A DNA stretch of 64,000 bases, from the sequence record ON287375.1; one strand, 5' to 3'. Of the stretch, positions 46,093 to 55,935 are shown one piece after another. Positions within the stretch are counted from its first letter, which is position 1. Each line of letters starts with the position of its first letter. Made by a program: the position numbers and the translations under genes. The notes below the pieces were generated by a model. The model saw only the letters and a program-made list of their open reading frames with translations, was not told the DNA's origin and ran no database searches.

Positions 46093-47637
46093 ATGCGTAG
46101 AACAGTTGTGATCTATAAAGCGAGCACATATGTTCGTTTGACTGACTTTAAACCTGAACTCGTGCAGCAAATACTTCGTCCTTTTTGTGCTCGTAACTTT
46201 TATAGGGTTCAGAAGGTCCCCATACCCGGTGGTGGACCTAATGCATTCAAAAAGGAAGTGAGTCATGTATTTGCCAGGTTCAATGAAGACAAGACCGAGT
46301 TAAGGTTTAATGCTGAGAAACTTCAAGATCTCATTAAGTTCATGGAAGAACATGGGTATAGTAAGTCTCGAATCCAGGTAATAGATGAAACAGTTATCGA
46401 CGCAGCTCCGGCTAACTTGAAACTGAAAGATCCTAATATCAAACCACGAAATGAAATGCAGGAAGAATATACAGCATTCATGGGTGGACCCAAACCGTTA
46501 GTTGTTAATAACATGGGTACTGGGCAGGGTAAAACTTTCTGTGCGATATGGACTGCTGTACAGTTAGGTAAACGTGTATTGATCACGGTACTGCCAAGAT
46601 ATGTAGATATCTGGATTAAAGCATTTGGGGAATTCTTAGATATCCATCCAACGGATATTTTAGTGGCTGATACATTTGGCGTTGAGAAGCTACACCAAGT
46701 AATGAAAGACGGGTTAATTAATCCATCAATCATTATTCTGCCATTAACTAAAATAGACGTCTATATAAAACGTATGAAAGAGGATCCATCTCTTCCTGGA
46801 TTGGACGAGGTATTCCACGACATGCGTTGTGGTGTGAGAATCATTGACGAAGCACACGAATCGATTTATTCGGTTTATATGTCATTGATGTTTGGGAACC
46901 ATCAGAAGACGATGGCGTTGTCGGCAACCTTGAAAGGTGATGATGACTTCATAAACTCTATCTATGGTCAGATCTTCCCAGCTCACTGTTATCTGCGACC
47001 TCCTGAATATACCAAGTATATTCATGTTATCGCTTATAGCCACCGGATGGATGTAAACAAATACCGAATCAATGCTAAAGGGTTTGGTGGTTATTCTCAT
47101 GTCAAGTTTGAACAGGGGATAATGAAAAGGAGCTTTGTCTTCGAAGAGTATTACAAAATGCTCAAAGAGGCATTCGACATTTATTACATGGATACGTATC
47201 GAGAAGGGCAAAAGGTCATGTGGTTCTTTGCAACAATCGAAATGTGCGATCTGTTCCTTAAACGACTTAAACAGGATTATCCAGATTTAGATGCGATAGT
47301 ATTTACAGGTGAGCAAAGTAGTAAGAAGGAAACTAAAACCGCGTACAGGGAACACCAGGTAGTTATTACAACTCCAGGGTCTTGTGGTACCGGTAAAGAT
47401 ATTCCTCAGCTCTATATCGTGTTTAGCCCTATCTCTGTGAGTTCTTCACAGCGTAACGATCAGATGGTTGGACGTACTCGACCAATTGATAAATGGTGGC
47501 CAGATCTGGATCCAATATTCCTGTACTTCGTTTGTCCAGACATTCCTAAGCAGGTAGACTATCACCGTAAACGTAGAACCATCTTTGATAAGAAGATGAA
47601 GAAGTTCACGCTGATTGACTCAGGTTCACGTATTTAA
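46093..47637 (+). CDS. SF2 DEAH-box helicase (UvsW/XPB-like; phiKZ gp75-like)
   Basis: Walker A MGTGQGKT, IIDEAH, LSAT, GTGKDIP and QMVGRTR. Confidence 0.92.
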   Translation: MRRTVVIYKASTYVRLTDFKPELVQQILRPFCARNFYRVQKVPIPGGGPNAFKKEVSHVFARFNEDKTELRFNAEKLQDLIKFMEEHGYSKSRIQVIDETVIDAAPANLKLKDPNIKPRNEMQEEYTAFMGGPKPLVVNNMGTGQGKTFCAIWTAVQLGKRVLITVLPRYVDIWIKAFGEFLDIHPTDILVADTFGVEKLHQVMKDGLINPSIIILPLTKIDVYIKRMKEDPSLPGLDEVFHDMRCGVRIIDEAHESIYSVYMSLMFGNHQKTMALSATLKGDDDFINSIYGQIFPAHCYLRPPEYTKYIHVIAYSHRMDVNKYRINAKGFGGYSHVKFEQGIMKRSFVFEEYYKMLKEAFDIYYMDTYREGQKVMWFFATIEMCDLFLKRLKQDYPDLDAIVFTGEQSSKKETKTAYREHQVVITTPGSCGTGKDIPQLYIVFSPISVSSSQRNDQMVGRTRPIDKWWPDLDPIFLYFVCPDIPKQVDYHRKRRTIFDKKMKKFTLIDSGSRI

Positions 47638-47698
47638 TAACTAGGCTCTGGGGACTTTGAGTCCCTGGAGTCCTATGTTAATAGCAATGGCGGTGAGT

Positions 47699-48100
47699 AT
47701 GGAATTAATAAGTATCAATATCAGACTACCTGGTATCACTGATACAGATGTCCTGCAAGTGGTTGGTGCTGGCATTATGGTTATGTTTGATAGTCATAAG
47801 AAGTTGGGAACTGAGTTCGAAGACTTCTTAGTCATGGAAGAAGCAAAGCTAACTATGGGTGACCATTGTAGCGATCTGGTTATTGATGACCTTCAGTTTG
47901 AAAGAGTTTATCAGGCGGCAAGCAATGCTCTCTCAACTGTCTTAGCGGCACAGAGTGAAGATTTAAAATCCCTGGCTAACCAAGTCAATGGTGTCGAAGA
48001 TATCATGATGATGGAGTATCCAGGAATAATTAAGATGTATGTAAGGGAGAATCCAGAAGGTGAGCAACTTCTTAGATATCGTCTCTTTAACGTTTGCTAA
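47699..48100 (+). CDS. Hypothetical protein, about 133 aa
   Basis: The track's TTG lies inside terminator 47642-47675; ATG 47699 (or 47675) preferred. Confidence 0.7.
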   Translation: MELISINIRLPGITDTDVLQVVGAGIMVMFDSHKKLGTEFEDFLVMEEAKLTMGDHCSDLVIDDLQFERVYQAASNALSTVLAAQSEDLKSLANQVNGVEDIMMMEYPGIIKMYVRENPEGEQLLRYRLFNVC

Positions 48101-48455
48101 TCAAAGAGTCAATAGTGCGATTTATACCAATCAAACATTCTTGCAAGAAATCATCGTCTTTATATTAGGCGAGAAGCTTATGCTTGGACCTACTGATCCT
48201 TTTGAAATAAGAGGACGTATGTTTGATTATCTCTTGCAGGTGTTAGATCCGTTAGATCGACCTGTTGTGGAAACCATCATTGCTGAAATTGAGAAACGAG
48301 TAGCCGATATATCTTCTGAGTTAGCTTATCGTTCTTTGTTCCTCAGTGGGGAGTGTTTCCTTAAATATGAATATGAACTTAGACATCGGTTTAGCAAGTT
48401 ATATGTCTATGCCGATGCTCATGCCTTTAACGATCCCATCGATCAATCAAATTAA
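48060..48455 (+). CDS. Hypothetical protein, 131 aa
   Basis: Overlapping GTG start. Confidence 0.65.
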   Translation: MSNFLDIVSLTFANQRVNSAIYTNQTFLQEIIVFILGEKLMLGPTDPFEIRGRMFDYLLQVLDPLDRPVVETIIAEIEKRVADISSELAYRSLFLSGECFLKYEYELRHRFSKLYVYADAHAFNDPIDQSN

Positions 48456-48474
48456 TTTATCTGGAGATTTACAA

Positions 48475-49035
48475 ATGTTACAAGCTACCAATGCTAGCGG
48501 CATCACTGAGAACATGGTTACTTACAAATTCAAGATTAGCGAACTGGCTGATCTGTTTGAAACGTTTACTCCTGAGCAATCCCACATCGCTCTGGAAGGC
48601 GCACTGAACATTATCTTTGGTCGCCCATCCGGTGTTCTTCAAGCGGTTAAACTGGAAGGTGAAGAAGCTGAACCAGAACAAACCCCAGAAGAACTGCAAC
48701 AAGACCACGAAACTCAAATCGTTGGTGAAGTTGCTTATGCCCTGTATTGCCACCAAATGACAGCTGAAGCTGCAGCTCTGGTTCCAGATGGTTGCGCAAC
48801 GGCCTGGACGATCCCTGACGACTATGAAAACACTGAAGAGTATCAACGCATGGAAGAAATGTTCCGTGGCATTGTAGCTCATATCAGCAACGCTATTGCA
48901 GCTGACAAGTTTAACCAAGACGTTATCACTCTTCATGGTGAAATGGAATTCTTTAGCCGTATTGAGTTGTATACTTATAACTACAATACCAACATTGAAA
49001 TCCTGTCAGTAACTATCGCAGCTATGCTTTCCTAA
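48475..49035 (+). CDS. Acidic hypothetical protein, about 186 aa
   Basis: ATG 48475 with RBS GGAG; biased codons; terminator 49038-49072. Confidence 0.85.
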   Translation: MLQATNASGITENMVTYKFKISELADLFETFTPEQSHIALEGALNIIFGRPSGVLQAVKLEGEEAEPEQTPEELQQDHETQIVGEVAYALYCHQMTAEAAALVPDGCATAWTIPDDYENTEEYQRMEEMFRGIVAHISNAIAADKFNQDVITLHGEMEFFSRIELYTYNYNTNIEILSVTIAAMLS

Positions 49036-49101
49036 TCAACTCCTTACCCTTCCTAGTGGAGGGTAAGGGTTATATGTTTACTTTTTCTACAGGTCATCCT
49101 A

Positions 49102-49557
49102 ATGTTCAAATTTAACAAACCAGTCCATAACGAAGCCGAACTCTCTTTCCGTCAACTGGTTACTCAACCGTTCTTTAAAGATCTTAAACAAGACTTTATC
49201 CACAACTTCAAGAACATGTGTTACCACTCGTCCCTGGGTAACTTGTTCGCTAACCAGTTTATTAAACCAGACGGCAAAGTAAGACTGGTTAAAGATATCG
49301 TTGGTTGCGATCCTATTTGTAAGATCTCCATGTCCTGGGACGAGGAAGATGAAGTCTTTACCCTTATGGACGGAATTGTCATTGAACTGAAGACAGACCG
49401 CTTAAATGCTGATAAAGCTTTCCTGGCAATGTCTGCCGATAAAGAACAGGATAAGTTCGATATCGAAATCCATGTTCATTTCAAAACAGGGATTAAGTCA
49501 GTATATAAAGTACCTAACGATAAACTTAAAGAAGCTTTGATCATTGCTTTAGGTTAA
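49102..49557 (+). CDS. Tandem duplicate A, 151 aa
   Basis: Clear end-to-end similarity to the 49702 gene. Confidence 0.85.
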   Translation: MFKFNKPVHNEAELSFRQLVTQPFFKDLKQDFIHNFKNMCYHSSLGNLFANQFIKPDGKVRLVKDIVGCDPICKISMSWDEEDEVFTLMDGIVIELKTDRLNADKAFLAMSADKEQDKFDIEIHVHFKTGIKSVYKVPNDKLKEALIIALG

Positions 49558-49576
49558 TATTTTTATTATACTCTAT

Positions 49577-49651
49577 TTCTTATATATTGGGGGTAGGGGG
49601 TTAATTCCGAAGGAAAGTTATATAAACTTAAGTGGAACGATAGTGACATCC
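49577..49651. repeat. Dispersed structured intergenic element, copy B
   Basis: TCTTATATATTGGGGGTAGGGGG..TTCC-GAA-GGAA..TTATATAAA.TTAA..CGAT..CATCC. Confidence 0.65.
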
Positions 49652-49701
49652 TCTTATGTTATTCTCTTTTAAGTAAGCTAATTAAACAAGGAAATATAGA
49701 A

Positions 49702-50151
49702 ATGAACAAATTCAATAAAACAGCTATTAACCGTGCAGAGCAATCTTTCCGTGATCTGTTGAAACTGGATATCATGAAAGATGTCAAGAAACAATTCATT
49801 CATGATTTTAAGAACCTGTGTCATCATTCAGATGTAGGTAACTTGTTTGATCATTACCTGGTAAGTAAACTGGGTGATGTTAATCTGGTTTATGCTGCAA
49901 TCAATCAAATCGTTGAATGTGAAGACACTCCATTCATTTCAGAGATCGTAGAAGGTCTGGATGCAGTAGCTATTGAACTGAATCCTGAACGTGCTAGTGT
50001 CCGACGTGCTTACCTGATGATCTCGGCAGATACCGCACAAGTTAAGTCAGTTGTTGAAATTCATGTTCATTACTATAGTGTCGGTAAAGTAATTTATCCA
50101 GTTAAAACTGATAACCTGCACAACACTCTGATGTTGGCAATCGGTAAATAA
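49702..50151 (+). CDS. Tandem duplicate B, 149 aa
   Basis: MNKFNK..AEQSFR..FIHDFKNLCHHS..GNLF vs MFKFNK..AELSFR..FIHNFKNMCYHS..GNLF. Confidence 0.85.
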   Translation: MNKFNKTAINRAEQSFRDLLKLDIMKDVKKQFIHDFKNLCHHSDVGNLFDHYLVSKLGDVNLVYAAINQIVECEDTPFISEIVEGLDAVAIELNPERASVRRAYLMISADTAQVKSVVEIHVHYYSVGKVIYPVKTDNLHNTLMLAIGK

Positions 50152-50156
50152 ATATA

Positions 50157-50184
50157 ACCCTACCTTCCATTAGGAAGGTAGGGT
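50157..50184. terminator. Bidirectional terminator
   Basis: ACCCTACCTTCC-atta-GGAAGGTAGGGT. Confidence 0.8.
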
Positions 50185-50191
50185 CTATTAC

Positions 50192-51499
50192 TTATCTTAA
50201 AATTTGGTCCATTGTCATAGATATTGTACGTAGTTGAGAAACATGCATCGCCTTCATACGAGTTAACATGAACTGTGTAAAGATGTAAACAGCTTCAGCT
50301 GAAACACGGTTTTCGATCTTACCCAGTTTCTCACCACAACAAACATGACAGAGGTTATCTTCAGGTTGAGTGCAGTACTGAGGAACACGCATTTCCACAG
50401 TTTTACCAATCATGTCAGAATCAGACTTAGACAGTTTCTTAGGAACCCCACCATCCATGTAGAATCCACCAATCCAACCTTTAAAGTTATGTTTATTCAA
50501 CTTAATAGTTTCGGTTCTTGGTGTTTTACAATCTTCACCAGCTACTCTGATACGGTTAGTTAACAGGATAGCTACCTTAACCTCAGCACCACCTTCACCT
50601 GTTGCGTTACCACGGTCAAAGGAAGCAGAAATAGCGGTGTTGATATATTCAGGATAATGATCAGGATCCCAACCTTCATCCAGTGACTTACGAAGTAAGT
50701 TATATTTACCGGTGTTGAAGTCAGGTACCATATCAAAGATAATGAACATCTTCTTACGGGCGTTATCGATAAACTTACCGTTAATGAAGAAGTCTTTGGA
50801 TGGACCTGAGTATTGGATCTTGGCATCAAGGGCAATTACTTTATCGATGGCCACAGCAACGGCTGTAGGATCGTCTAGCTTGCCTTCATCTTCCAGTTGC
50901 TTGAGTAGTTCATCTCTGAGTTTTAAAACCTCTGGGTGAACTGTCAGGACATCTATGGATGATGCCTTAACGAAGACCTGGTTCATACCTTCCAAGTAAT
51001 CAAGTTGTTTGGTTACTTTCAGGCAATCATCTACAGATGCTTTACCTTCAGGGACTTCTTGACCTGGTTCTGGGTTATCAACCATCAGTCCATCAATAAT
51101 ACCTTGGATGGTCCCGCCAGCGATCTTACCATTAAAGTAACTAGTACGATTCTGGAAAGATTCAAACAGTACTACGATATTGGTTAAGAAGATCCCTATC
51201 GTAGTTTCCATTTTCTCAGTGATGAAACCATGGGCTTCAGCGTCAACTGTAATCTTTTCATTCTTATTGAAAAGTGGCAGTGTATAATCGCCTCCCTCGA
51301 TTGTAACTTTCTGACGATTTTCATCAAGGAAGTATATAGTCTTAGTTTCATCATCGCGAATGGCAGCATACGGTACATCCTCCAACATCTTGCGGTTTGC
51401 AGGATCGTCATGGACCAAACTAAAGATAGACATCAAGAATGACTTACGGATGTAAGCACGATTCCTGAATGCCATGAAGAGATAATCTAATTTATGCAT
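50192..51499 (-). CDS. Virion RNA polymerase beta' subunit fragment (phiKZ gp80-like)
   Basis: SFDRGNATGEGG (bridge-helix-like), EDCKT, and RVPQYCTQPEDNLCHVCCG zinc motif; 435 aa. Confidence 0.85.
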   Translation of the reverse strand: MHKLDYLFMAFRNRAYIRKSFLMSIFSLVHDDPANRKMLEDVPYAAIRDDETKTIYFLDENRQKVTIEGGDYTLPLFNKNEKITVDAEAHGFITEKMETTIGIFLTNIVVLFESFQNRTSYFNGKIAGGTIQGIIDGLMVDNPEPGQEVPEGKASVDDCLKVTKQLDYLEGMNQVFVKASSIDVLTVHPEVLKLRDELLKQLEDEGKLDDPTAVAVAIDKVIALDAKIQYSGPSKDFFINGKFIDNARKKMFIIFDMVPDFNTGKYNLLRKSLDEGWDPDHYPEYINTAISASFDRGNATGEGGAEVKVAILLTNRIRVAGEDCKTPRTETIKLNKHNFKGWIGGFYMDGGVPKKLSKSDSDMIGKTVEMRVPQYCTQPEDNLCHVCCGEKLGKIENRVSAEAVYIFTQFMLTRMKAMHVSQLRTISMTMDQILR

Positions 51500-52373
51500 C
51501 GAGTTTAACCCTATTCAAAATGCTTGTTCCTTTATAAGCTTCTTCGATAGTGTTACAATGTTCTTCTACCAAAGCACTAAACTGACCAGTGATGTCTTCA
51601 TCGGTCATGTAGGAAATCAACATCAAGCTTAAAACGTTAGTGAGATAAACAGTAGCATCATCATCTACTAAAGCTTTAGCTAATCGGTTAGTGAATAACT
51701 TATGGTATCCGTCAAAGTCTTGACCTACCCCACCACCATTAATAATGTGCTCTCCACCCATAGTTCCTTTCAAGAACTCAGCATTAGCTTTAATGCGTTT
51801 CTGTAACCATGGATCAACCCAAGTTTCATCATCCTGCTCGATAACATTAATACCAATCAAGATACCACGAATAACGTTAGTGGAAACTTCTTTGATGTAG
51901 TATTCCATGTTCTCCATATCGAACTGAGGTTGAGTCATTCTTACTACACGAATGAAACGTTCTTTAGGATCAGCTTCTTCATCGTTAAGAGTATCATACA
52001 GACCAATAAGGTCGGTCATACCGTCAACCATGAAGATGGTATCCAATACTACGATCAACTCAGGTAAAGAGTTTGGATCAATCCAGTCTTTATCAATGAT
52101 GATTCCCATTATCTGCAAGGCATCGATGATCGTATCAATAAAGAGGATACGAATATGTGCCATCATGTCTGCCGTACCGATAGATTCATCCACTAGGATA
52201 TGAGTAATCGTATTATCGATAAAGCTTTCAGGAAAACTGATTGCAATTAAATTATACGCCTGGTTGTATTGTGTAGCGTGTTCAGGTGTGCAGCGAGCAA
52301 TAAAGTCCTGCCACATCTCACCAAGATTTTCCACACCTAAATCTACGTTGGTAAGATCGATCATTTCTGACAT
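51492..52373 (-). CDS. Probable virion protein (phiKZ gp79 position)
   Basis: Acidic, about 293 aa, overlapping the vRNAP start; ATG 52373 preferred. Confidence 0.7.
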   Translation of the reverse strand: MSEMIDLTNVDLGVENLGEMWQDFIARCTPEHATQYNQAYNLIAISFPESFIDNTITHILVDESIGTADMMAHIRILFIDTIIDALQIMGIIIDKDWIDPNSLPELIVVLDTIFMVDGMTDLIGLYDTLNDEEADPKERFIRVVRMTQPQFDMENMEYYIKEVSTNVIRGILIGINVIEQDDETWVDPWLQKRIKANAEFLKGTMGGEHIINGGGVGQDFDGYHKLFTNRLAKALVDDDATVYLTNVLSLMLISYMTDEDITGQFSALVEEHCNTIEEAYKGTSILNRVKLDA

Positions 52374-52410
52374 AGGTTTACCTATCACTTATATTAAAAG
52401 GGTTCATAAC

Positions 52411-53166
52411 ATGTCCAAGAAAAACATTGCTCAAGCTAAAGCTGCTAAACGTACTGCTCGTGCTAAAGCCAAAGCAAAATCTGTAGCAAAAGCTAAAGCG
52501 ACACCTCAAGCCATCAAACATCGCCAGCTTCGTGGCGCACTGAATGCTGATGGTCGTATTGCTGATTTCGATACTGTTTTGGAAAATGCAGTGTTGGATA
52601 TCAACAAGCGTAAACAAGTTCAGTCCGAGTTTAAGAACTCAACTGATATGATTAAGGGTATTAAAGAAGCGATTGGTCAGGTATTCAAACTGTACTGCTA
52701 CGTAACCCTGGGTAAAACTCTGGCTGACTCTGGTGCAATGCAACATGAAGTTCAGATCCCTCTGGATGACATCTCTCGTGTACTGATGAACTTCGACAGC
52801 CGTATTGGTCGCCTGGAGTACATGAACCAGACTCCTGAAGATCAACGTGATGATGTGGCTATCGAAACTGAAGCATTCGATATCGGTACCAACCTGGCTA
52901 ATATCTCTGAAGATCTGTACGGTGAAGTTGCACGTATGGAAAAACATAGCCTGATCATGGAAGAAGCGATTTCCCGTATGTCTCTGGAAATCACCGAAGG
53001 TTCTCCAGAAGAACGCCGTATGCGTGCTCTGCAAGCAGTTGCTTACAAATACCTGGCGGAACTGAAACTGCACGATGCTAAAGTTGAAAAGGAACAACGC
53101 GAAGCAGCAGAAGCAGAACAACATCTGTCCGGTGTAGATGAAGCTCCATCTATCCCACAGGTTTAA
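52411..53166 (+). CDS. Hypothetical helical protein with K/A-rich N-terminus, about 251 aa
   Basis: ATG 52411 with RBS AAAGGG; the track's 52264 start overlaps the divergent gene. Confidence 0.85.
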   Translation: MSKKNIAQAKAAKRTARAKAKAKSVAKAKATPQAIKHRQLRGALNADGRIADFDTVLENAVLDINKRKQVQSEFKNSTDMIKGIKEAIGQVFKLYCYVTLGKTLADSGAMQHEVQIPLDDISRVLMNFDSRIGRLEYMNQTPEDQRDDVAIETEAFDIGTNLANISEDLYGEVARMEKHSLIMEEAISRMSLEITEGSPEERRMRALQAVAYKYLAELKLHDAKVEKEQREAAEAEQHLSGVDEAPSIPQV

Positions 53167-53198
53167 TTCACTCACTCATCCTTATATAAGGTATTAAC

Positions 53199-54812
53199 AT
53201 GTCTGAGAATATTCCTCAAACTGAAATGCAGGAAAACGTGAACAAGGAAGCAGCAATCATTACGCTTACCAATGCTCTCGTTGGTCCAGCAGATGACTAC
53301 GATCCTTCACTCCCACTCTTCGTCGGTACTCTGAAAGAAGAACACGAAGCCATCTACAAAACTGCAGTGGCCTTCCTGGGCTGGCGTGATGCAGCTGCCG
53401 CTGGTGAAGAACGTCAAGCCAACGTTCTGAAAGATCGTTATGAAGAACTTCGTGAAGCTCACTTTGAAGGTGTGGAAGAAGAACTGCTTGGTAACATGCT
53501 TACCAACTACTTCCGTTTCTACTTCAATGGCTTCGATCGTGGTCTGGTCCGTAATGCTACAGTAGATGTGGTACGTGACCGTAAACTGGTCAACACTGTT
53601 CCTCTTAAGAATGGTGGACGCTTAGGTCTGATCTCAGCTATCACTCCTACCGTTAAGAGCGAGATGGGTGTGCGTGAACGTATGCGTCGCACATTCCTGA
53701 AAGCATCAGGATCTCCAGATAGCTTTAACGTTATCTTGGCTAACTCACTGATCTTCCTGCGTGTCAAGATCCCTACTCCGCTGGATCTGGTTCGCTTGAT
53801 CAACGATGTGGCTACTAAGCTTCATATGTACGGTGAACATTATAACCAAACTTCCATTCACTTGGAACGCGCTGGTATCAGTCAGATTCTGATTGACTTC
53901 ATGTTGGATCATGTTAGCTACCATAGTGTTAAAGGTATTGATGACCCAATCCAGCTGAAGAATTATATCCTGTCTAACGACATTAACCACATGGCTCAAG
54001 CTCTGTTGAAAATCACTTCTCCTAAAGGTGTGACTTTCCGCATGAACTGCCTGGCTAATAAATGTGGTTGGTCTGCTAACAGTGTTATTGATCCAGCTAA
54101 TATGCTTCTATATGTTGAAGAAGATCAACCAGAAGAACGTCGCACTCTTCTGTTCAAACTGGTTAACGAAGGTCTGAAGTTATCTCCTGAAGATCTGGCT
54201 AACAACCCTCCTGTCTATAAAGACAAAGAAGGTAACGTGCTGGATAATAAAGTAGAACTCACTGAAGGTAATGGTCGTCTGATTATTGATGTACCTTATA
54301 TCTCTGAGTACTTTATGGCTTATGATGAGATGGCTGCTCGTATTAACCCTGAGTTACGTGAGCTGGCTGTTAAATTCGCTAACCCGAAAGTGTTTGATGA
54401 AAAACGTCGTGAGTATCTTGCTCAGATGCGCGGTCATGAATATATCCAATGGTTCCGTGCCATGGAGTTCGATCCACCGGCTGAAGCAGAAGGTACCAAA
54501 GAAGTTATCTATCGTGAAGAGAACCCGAAAGAGTTCGATGAAGGTCTGATGGATATCTTCAACAAAGACGATCAAATGTATTATCGTGCCCTGGAGAAAG
54601 TTATCACTATTGCTCCTCGCATGTCCTATACCTTTGTCGGTATTTGTGATGATGAATGCCCTAACTGTAAGAAAAAGTCAGAAGGTAAAGATCAGGAAGA
54701 ACTTCACTCGTTCACCCCAATCGATCCTATTCTGAATTTTTTCGCCCATACCCGAATGATGATCTCAATCAGAACCGGTCAGCAGAGTTTACAAGAGGAC
54801 GGTCTTTCTTAA
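53199..54812 (+). CDS. Conserved core protein with Cys pairs, possibly tail/baseplate assembly-related; ends near a slippery site
   Basis: CLANKC and CDDECPNC motifs; TPIDPILNFF, with NFF encoded by AAT TTT TTC. Confidence 0.8.
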   Translation: MSENIPQTEMQENVNKEAAIITLTNALVGPADDYDPSLPLFVGTLKEEHEAIYKTAVAFLGWRDAAAAGEERQANVLKDRYEELREAHFEGVEEELLGNMLTNYFRFYFNGFDRGLVRNATVDVVRDRKLVNTVPLKNGGRLGLISAITPTVKSEMGVRERMRRTFLKASGSPDSFNVILANSLIFLRVKIPTPLDLVRLINDVATKLHMYGEHYNQTSIHLERAGISQILIDFMLDHVSYHSVKGIDDPIQLKNYILSNDINHMAQALLKITSPKGVTFRMNCLANKCGWSANSVIDPANMLLYVEEDQPEERRTLLFKLVNEGLKLSPEDLANNPPVYKDKEGNVLDNKVELTEGNGRLIIDVPYISEYFMAYDEMAARINPELRELAVKFANPKVFDEKRREYLAQMRGHEYIQWFRAMEFDPPAEAEGTKEVIYREENPKEFDEGLMDIFNKDDQMYYRALEKVITIAPRMSYTFVGICDDECPNCKKKSEGKDQEELHSFTPIDPILNFFAHTRMMISIRTGQQSLQEDGLS

Positions 54813-55252
54813 GTGACTCTGATTTAGACCCTCGTGTTCTGAACCGTTGCAGTGAGTTGTTCATTGCAGCAGCCAAAGAAAAAGATCATGTTAAATTAGC
54901 CGTCTTGGAAAGACGGCTTTTCATGATTAAATATGGGTATATCTCTGAACAGGAATCGATGAGTTCCCATTTGCGGTATAACACCAATACCAGGGATTTC
55001 TTCCATCCATGGTCCGCAAAGATAATTGGTCATACGTTCGGGGTAAGGGAATATAGTAAATTCATGCCTTTCAAAGATTATCTTGAAATGCCTGTGGATT
55101 TTATAGAGGACTTCATTGAAGGCTTAGTTGAAGGCGAGCAAGCTGCTATTAAAGCTAAGATGGACGCCGTCAAACGTGAAGCTACTCGACAAGGTGGTAA
55201 TGGTGACCCTCAGAAGGCCGCCATTGCTTTAGCTCAAAAGAGTAAAGGATAA
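54737..55252 (+). CDS. -1 frame ORF, probably expressed as a frameshift extension of 53199 (fusion about 684 aa)
   Basis: Frame open from 54689. No ATG/GTG/TTG before an RBS-less TTG at 54857. T TTT TTC heptamer at 54737-54743. Confidence 0.65.
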   Translation, partial: FFRPYPNDDLNQNRSAEFTRGRSFLSDSDLDPRVLNRCSELFIAAAKEKDHVKLAVLERRLFMIKYGYISEQESMSSHLRYNTNTRDFFHPWSAKIIGHTFGVREYSKFMPFKDYLEMPVDFIEDFIEGLVEGEQAAIKAKMDAVKREATRQGGNGDPQKAAIALAQKSKG

Positions 55253-55257
55253 AGATT

Positions 55258-55800
55258 ATGGGTAACTCCTACGAACCTCCTAAGTTGGAGAAACGTGAAA
55301 ATACCGTTGTTAAACAAGTTAAAGATGAAGCACAAGCTGACCGTGTACTGGGTGTAAGCTCTGTTAACATGCAGATGAGTGCCGAAGATCTGTACAAGAA
55401 GAACATCACTGAGTTCGCTGATTTCCTGAAAGGTAATATCTCTTCAGGTACCCTCGAAGAACGTCAGAAGTTCCAACGTACTTTCTTCAACTCTGTGCCG
55501 GCTATGTTGCGCCTGTCTGATAATCAAGTTAAGATCATTCTGGATCACTTCTTGCTGACCATCGCAGAGAACCGCGATGTCTTTGATTATAGTCAGGTGC
55601 TGGCTCCGCTGCGTAGCATCGAATCTCAACTGAACAAAGTTGAAGTGGAACGTTATAAGCGTTTCATGCTGTTCATCACCATGCTGTCTGACAACGCACG
55701 TAACCGCCAACGTTTCCTGGCTAACTACGACATGGTTAAGTTCACCAGCATGTTTGATCCGATCACTAAACAACGTCTGACTAACTACGTCTACCGTTAA
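55258..55800 (+). CDS. Conserved hypothetical protein, 180 aa
   Basis: RBS AAAGGA; biased codons; terminator 55802-55843. Confidence 0.85.
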   Translation: MGNSYEPPKLEKRENTVVKQVKDEAQADRVLGVSSVNMQMSAEDLYKKNITEFADFLKGNISSGTLEERQKFQRTFFNSVPAMLRLSDNQVKIILDHFLLTIAENRDVFDYSQVLAPLRSIESQLNKVEVERYKRFMLFITMLSDNARNRQRFLANYDMVKFTSMFDPITKQRLTNYVYR

Positions 55801-55856
55801 TAAACTCCCTACTCCCTCCGCAAGGAAGGGGTAGGGGTTTTTATGTTGTCTATATG

Positions 55857-55893
55857 TTTTCAAGTAGATATTATTAGAGTGTATAAGGAAACA
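55857..55893 (+). promoter_or_regulatory. Early promoter
   Basis: TTTTCAAGTAGATATTATTAGAGTGTATAAGGAAACA. Confidence 0.7.
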
Positions 55894-55935
55894 AATTTAT
55901 TAAGTAGTAAACCTCACCAATAAAAGGAAGAAAAT

